Shown here piece by piece: positions 60,000-64,000 of a stretch of 64,000 nucleotides of DNA. A model generated the notes under the pieces. That model was not told where the DNA came from. It searched no databases and saw nothing but the letters and a program-made list of their open reading frames with translations. This stretch comes from Halorarum halobium (GTDB lineage Archaea > Halobacteriota > Halobacteria > Halobacteriales > Haloferacaceae): NCBI RefSeq assembly GCF_032116555.1, contig NZ_CP134949.1, positions 1,612,001 to 1,676,000 on the forward strand, given 5' to 3'. How positions within the stretch are numbered: position 1 is the stretch's first letter; every line of letters starts with the position of its first letter. Made by a program: the position numbers and the translations under genes.

Positions 60000-60784
60000 T
60001 GTCCGGCTCCGGGCGACCGTTCGACCCGCCAGTCGCGCTCGCGTCGCTATCGGGCGAGTCCGTCCACGAGTGGGCCGAACGCGGTGCGGAGTACGCCGGG
60101 GCGGCGTTCCTCGGGGGCATCGCGATCGACGAGGAAAGCCGGGAGGCGGCCCGGGCGATGGTTGCCGACCGCGACCGAACCGAGTTTCTGCCGGCGGACC
60201 CGCTGGCGTGGATCGACCGCCAGCTCTCGGCGCTCGCGGATGCCGACGTCCGGCCCGCCGTGAACGTTCGAAGCGCGACCGTCCCACCCGTTCGCGCCGC
60301 AGCCGAAGCCTGTGTAGCCCACGGCGCGATCCTCGAAATCAACGCGCACTGTCGCCAGGCGGAACTGTGCGCGGCGGGCTGTGGCGAGACGCTGCTTCGT
60401 GATGCCGACAGGCTCGCGGAGTACGTGAGGGCCGCGAGCGAGGCGGGCGCGACGGTTTCGGTCAAAGTGCGCGCCGAGGTGGCGGGCGTCGAACTGCGTG
60501 AGACGGCCGCCGCCGTCGAAGCCGCCGGCGCCGACTGTCTCCACGTCGACGCCATGGACTCGGAGGGCGTGGTCGCGTCGGTCGTCGAGGCCGTCCCCGA
60601 CCTGTTCGTCGTCGCGAACAACGGGGTCAGGGACGCACGAACCGTCCGCGAGTATCTCACGTACGGTGCCGACGCCGTGAGCGTCGGCAGGCCGAGCGAC
60701 GACCCGCGCGTGCTCCGGCGCGTTCACGACGCGACCGCCGAGTGGTTCACCGAGTCCGAGCAGAGACGGGAGGTCCAGCCGTGA
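59999..60784 (+). CDS. dihydrouridine synthase-like FMN TIM-barrel protein (archaeal NifR3-related)
   Basis: LEINAHCRQ, SVKVRAE, HVDAM, ANNGV, VSVGR. Confidence 0.85.
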   Translation: MSGSGRPFDPPVALASLSGESVHEWAERGAEYAGAAFLGGIAIDEESREAARAMVADRDRTEFLPADPLAWIDRQLSALADADVRPAVNVRSATVPPVRAAAEACVAHGAILEINAHCRQAELCAAGCGETLLRDADRLAEYVRAASEAGATVSVKVRAEVAGVELRETAAAVEAAGADCLHVDAMDSEGVVASVVEAVPDLFVVANNGVRDARTVREYLTYGADAVSVGRPSDDPRVLRRVHDATAEWFTESEQRREVQP

Positions 60785-61608
60785 GCGACCACGCCGCGAA
60801 CGCCGAACTCGCGCTGCTGCTGGAGGTCGCCGGGACCCCGAAGCCGGGCAACGTGGACCGCCAGCGCGACCTGCCGAACCTCCGGTTCGAGCAGTTCCTC
60901 GCCGGGGCGGTCGGCGCGCGGGAGGGACTGGAACGCGCCGCCGCCGGTGAGCCGGTGGGAGAGGCGTTCGAGACGGCGGTCGCCGGGATGAGCGAGCGAT
61001 CGGGCGACAACACGCAGTTCGGTTGTCTCCTCCTGCTGGTTCCCTTGGTTCGTGCAGCGGCTGCGGGCGATCTCTCGCGGGCGGGCGTTCGCGGGGTCCG
61101 TGCGGAAACCACCGTCGCGGACGCGGTCCGCTTCTACCGGGCGTTCGACCACGTCGACGTCGCGGTCGCGGACCCGCCGGAGGGGATGGACGAACTGGAC
61201 GTACGCCGCGGGGGCGACGCGGCGGCGACGCTGCGCGACCGCGGACTCACGCTCGCGGACGTGATGGCCCGGTCGGAGGGGGACGCGAACGCACGCGAGT
61301 GGGCCGAGGGGTTCCCCCGGACGTTCCGCGCGGCCGAAGCCATCCTCGCTGACGAGGGGCCGGTCACCGACCGCGCCGCCCGCGCGTTCCTCGACCTGCT
61401 CGCGGAGTCCGAGGACACCCTCGTCCGGATCAATCACGGCGAGTCGGTGGCCACGGAGATCCGCGAAGGCGCCCGCGAAATCGGTTCGCTCGCCGAGGCG
61501 GAGGCCTGGGCCGACGAACTCGTCGAGCGGGGAATCAACCCGGGGACCACCGCCGACCTGACTGCGGCGGCGCTGTTCGTCGCGCTCGAACGGGGAGTCG
61601 AACCGTGA
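60781..61608 (+). CDS. CitG family protein (triphosphoribosyl-dephospho-CoA synthase-like)
   Basis: LEVAGTPKPGNV, NTQFG, NPGTTADL. Confidence 0.88.
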   Translation: MSDHAANAELALLLEVAGTPKPGNVDRQRDLPNLRFEQFLAGAVGAREGLERAAAGEPVGEAFETAVAGMSERSGDNTQFGCLLLLVPLVRAAAAGDLSRAGVRGVRAETTVADAVRFYRAFDHVDVAVADPPEGMDELDVRRGGDAAATLRDRGLTLADVMARSEGDANAREWAEGFPRTFRAAEAILADEGPVTDRAARAFLDLLAESEDTLVRINHGESVATEIREGAREIGSLAEAEAWADELVERGINPGTTADLTAAALFVALERGVEP

Positions 61609-62240
61609 CCGACGAGGACTCGATCCCGAGGGCGAACGGGACCGTCGAGTGGCCGGTGCGCCTCCGGGGCGTCACCGAGTCCGTCGTGGCGACGCTCGGG
61701 CCGAACGACCTCTGGAACCTCGCGGCACTGGGGCTCCACGCGCCCGAGGAGGACGGCCGTGACGCGGGCGACCCCGTCCGGGCGCGAACCTGGGGGCACA
61801 CCAGAACCAGGCGGAACTTCGAGGCGCGTGGCGAGGGCGTCGTCCAGTTCGTGACCGATCCGCGGGAGTTCGTCGACGCCGCGGTGACCGTTCGGGAGGA
61901 GCCGGAACCGGTGCTCGACTCGGCCGAGGCCTGGGCCCGCGTCACGGTCGAACGAGTCGGTTCCGGGACGGAGGGTGACACGGAGTGGCTCGACTGGCAC
62001 CTCGCCCCGGTCGAGACTGTTTCGCGGGAGCCCGAACCGACGACGATCGATCGCGGCTTCGCCGCCGTGATCGAGGCGACGGTCGTGGCCTCCCGGCTCG
62101 ACGTTTCCGGATACGACACGGGGGAACTGCTCGACCGACTCGCGTACTTCGCGGACGTGGTCGATCGCTGTGGGGGACCGCGCGAGCGGGCGGCCTTCGA
62201 GACGCTCTCGACGGCGACCGAGTGGCGGAAGCGCCGGTGA
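61605..62240 (+). CDS. DUF447 domain protein
   Basis: ESVVAT, NLAALG, TRRNF, RGFAAVIEATV.ASRL. Confidence 0.85.
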   Translation: MTDEDSIPRANGTVEWPVRLRGVTESVVATLGPNDLWNLAALGLHAPEEDGRDAGDPVRARTWGHTRTRRNFEARGEGVVQFVTDPREFVDAAVTVREEPEPVLDSAEAWARVTVERVGSGTEGDTEWLDWHLAPVETVSREPEPTTIDRGFAAVIEATVVASRLDVSGYDTGELLDRLAYFADVVDRCGGPRERAAFETLSTATEWRKRR

Positions 62241-62283
62241 GCGTTTCGAACGCTTTTAGTTCTCGTCAGGAGAACCGTTCCAC

Positions 62284-62481
62284 ATGGCGATCAAACCGAA
62301 GTACATCAAGCAGCTGGCGAACGTGCTGCTCGAGGAGTACCCCCAGTCGTTCAACCAGGACTTCGAGACGAACAAGGAGAGCGTGGAGACGCTGACGAAC
62401 GTCGAATCCAAGGGCGTCCGGAACCGCATCGCGGGCTACATCACGCGCAAGAAGTCCGGCGCGGCCGCGAAGGCGGCGTAA
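62284..62481 (+). CDS. rps17e: 30S ribosomal protein S17e
   Basis: IKPKYIK, DFETNK, SKGVRNRIAGYITR. Confidence 0.97.
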   Translation: MAIKPKYIKQLANVLLEEYPQSFNQDFETNKESVETLTNVESKGVRNRIAGYITRKKSGAAAKAA

Positions 62482-62623
62482 TCGGGTCACCGTTCTCGCT
62501 CGTACCGTCGACGGTCAGCGACGGCGTCGACCGGATCCGGCCACGGTGGAGGGCGGTCCGGCCCCGCGACCGCGTCGCGCTCGGGACCGACACCTTGAAC
62601 GATGAGGCGGCCCCCGCTCCGCT

Positions 62624-63790
62624 ATGTCACGACTCGCGGACAGGCTCGGAACCTCCACGCTCGGCGCGTATCTCCTCGCCGTCGGTGCCGGTGTCCTGGC
62701 GCTCGTCCTCGGTTCGTTGCTGTTCCCGCGGACGGTGTACGACGGCTTCGTCTGGCACTACTTCTGGGGGCCCGTTCAGGCGGACGCGAACAACGCCGTC
62801 TGTGCCGTGCGGGAGGCGGGAGAAACGGTGTATCTGGGGAGCGCGTCGGCCTGCGGGTCGGCGGCCGAGCCGGTCGCGTACCCCGGCTACACGCTCGTCT
62901 CCGAGGCCGGCTACGTCATCGTGTTGCTGGTCGCACTCTCGGGGCTCGTGTTGCTCCTCCGGGAACTGGATCTGGGGAGCAGGATCGACTTCTTCTACGC
63001 GCTCGTGCCCTTCTTCCTCTTCGGCGGCGCGCTCCGGGTGCTCGAGGACGCCGACAACGCGCTCGGCGACACGCTGTTCCCGTACCCCTGGGACACGCTG
63101 CTCATCTCGCCGATCATCTACTTCACCGTCTTCTTCATCACGCTCGCCACCATTCTGGTCGCGGTCGCGCTGGTCCAGCGCGACGTCGTCTCGGATCACA
63201 ACCGGGTGGTCCTGTGGACCGGCATCGGCCTGAACGTCCTCACGGTCGGCGCGCTGTTCGTCCTCGGGCTCGGCGGCGTCGGACCCGCGACGTTCCACCC
63301 GCAGGTGCTGCTCGTCGCGCTCGGACTGACGGCGGTCTCGACCGCGGTGGCCTGGTACGGGACGAAGCGGTACGCGCCCTGGGTCCACCACGGCACGGGA
63401 ACGGCCGGCGTCGTCGTCATCGCCGCTCACGCGCTCGACGGGGCCGCGAACGTCATCGGCCTGAACTGGATGTCCGCGCTCGTCTACGGCGGCGGGTTCG
63501 CCCCACGGCCGCCCAGCGTGAACGGGAACCTGATTCCGAAACACCCGGTGAACGCCGGCATCGTGAACTTCGCGCAGGCGAACTTCCCCGACGTGGTGCT
63601 CGCGACGCTGGGCGACGCCTGGCCGTTCCTGATCGTGAAACTCGTCGCCGCGGTCGCCGTCCTCGCCATCTTCGAGGAGGAGATGTTCGAGGAGTCACCC
63701 CGCTACGCGATCATGCTGCTGATCGCAGTGACGGCCGTCGGGATGGGGCCAGGATCGCGTGACCTGCTGCGGGCGACGTTCGGGGTCTGA
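62624..63790 (+). CDS. DUF63 membrane protein
   Basis: [30 protein letters not shown]. Confidence 0.88.
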   Translation: MSRLADRLGTSTLGAYLLAVGAGVLALVLGSLLFPRTVYDGFVWHYFWGPVQADANNAVCAVREAGETVYLGSASACGSAAEPVAYPGYTLVSEAGYVIVLLVALSGLVLLLRELDLGSRIDFFYALVPFFLFGGALRVLEDADNALGDTLFPYPWDTLLISPIIYFTVFFITLATILVAVALVQRDVVSDHNRVVLWTGIGLNVLTVGALFVLGLGGVGPATFHPQVLLVALGLTAVSTAVAWYGTKRYAPWVHHGTGTAGVVVIAAHALDGAANVIGLNWMSALVYGGGFAPRPPSVNGNLIPKHPVNAGIVNFAQANFPDVVLATLGDAWPFLIVKLVAAVAVLAIFEEEMFEESPRYAIMLLIAVTAVGMGPGSRDLLRATFGV

Positions 63791-63933
63791 GTCGACCGTT
63801 CTTTCACGCCGTCGGCACCACCCAGTTCCCGGGCGGAACCGCTTGCCTGAACCGTGGACGCCCGGCCGGGACGTGTCACTGAACCTACCTCCGTCAGTAG
63901 TGTTTTCATCGTTCTCGGGGTAGTCTCCCGACG

Positions 63934-64000
63934 ATGAGTTCGTTTACCGACTCGGTCGTCGTGGTAACGGGTGCCGGATCCGGGATCGGCCGGACGACTG
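63934..64000 (+). CDS. 5' end of a short-chain dehydrogenase/reductase (partial)
   Basis: MSSFTDSVVVVTGAGSGIG. Confidence 0.8.
   Translation, partial: MSSFTDSVVVVTGAGSGIGRTT

Overview
High-GC chromosomal segment of a halophilic archaeon (class Halobacteria): acidic proteins, archaeal ribosomal proteins, mostly leaderless genes with TATA boxes. It holds about 60 CDS plus the SRP RNA gene. Most genes are core functions: dpsA, archease-rtcB, aceB, asd, panB, cdc48, mrp, moaA, tmcA, a zinc ferredoxin next to a fixABC(X) cluster, rpl7ae-rps28e-rpl24e-ndk, cofD operon and rps17e. I saw no transposase, tRNA, rRNA or CRISPR array. The most notable signals are these. (1) An inverted pair of ~120-bp structured elements between ndk and cofD, with a conserved core and stems that differ in sequence but still pair. 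(2) Three DtxR-like palindromes that suggest opposite iron regulation of dpsA and a convergent 51-aa ORF missing from the ORF track. (3) A thiolase and DUF35 pair lacking the usual catalytic and Zn-binding cysteines. (4) A Fix-type ETF system with unusual domain architecture. (5) aceB without an adjacent aceA, beside glyoxalase-like and glycolate-oxidase-like genes. (6) An accessory islet with a regulator inactivated by a nonsense codon. (7) A k-turn leader on rpl7ae. All calls come from reading motifs by eye; no database searches or folding were run, and some start codons are my choice among alternatives.
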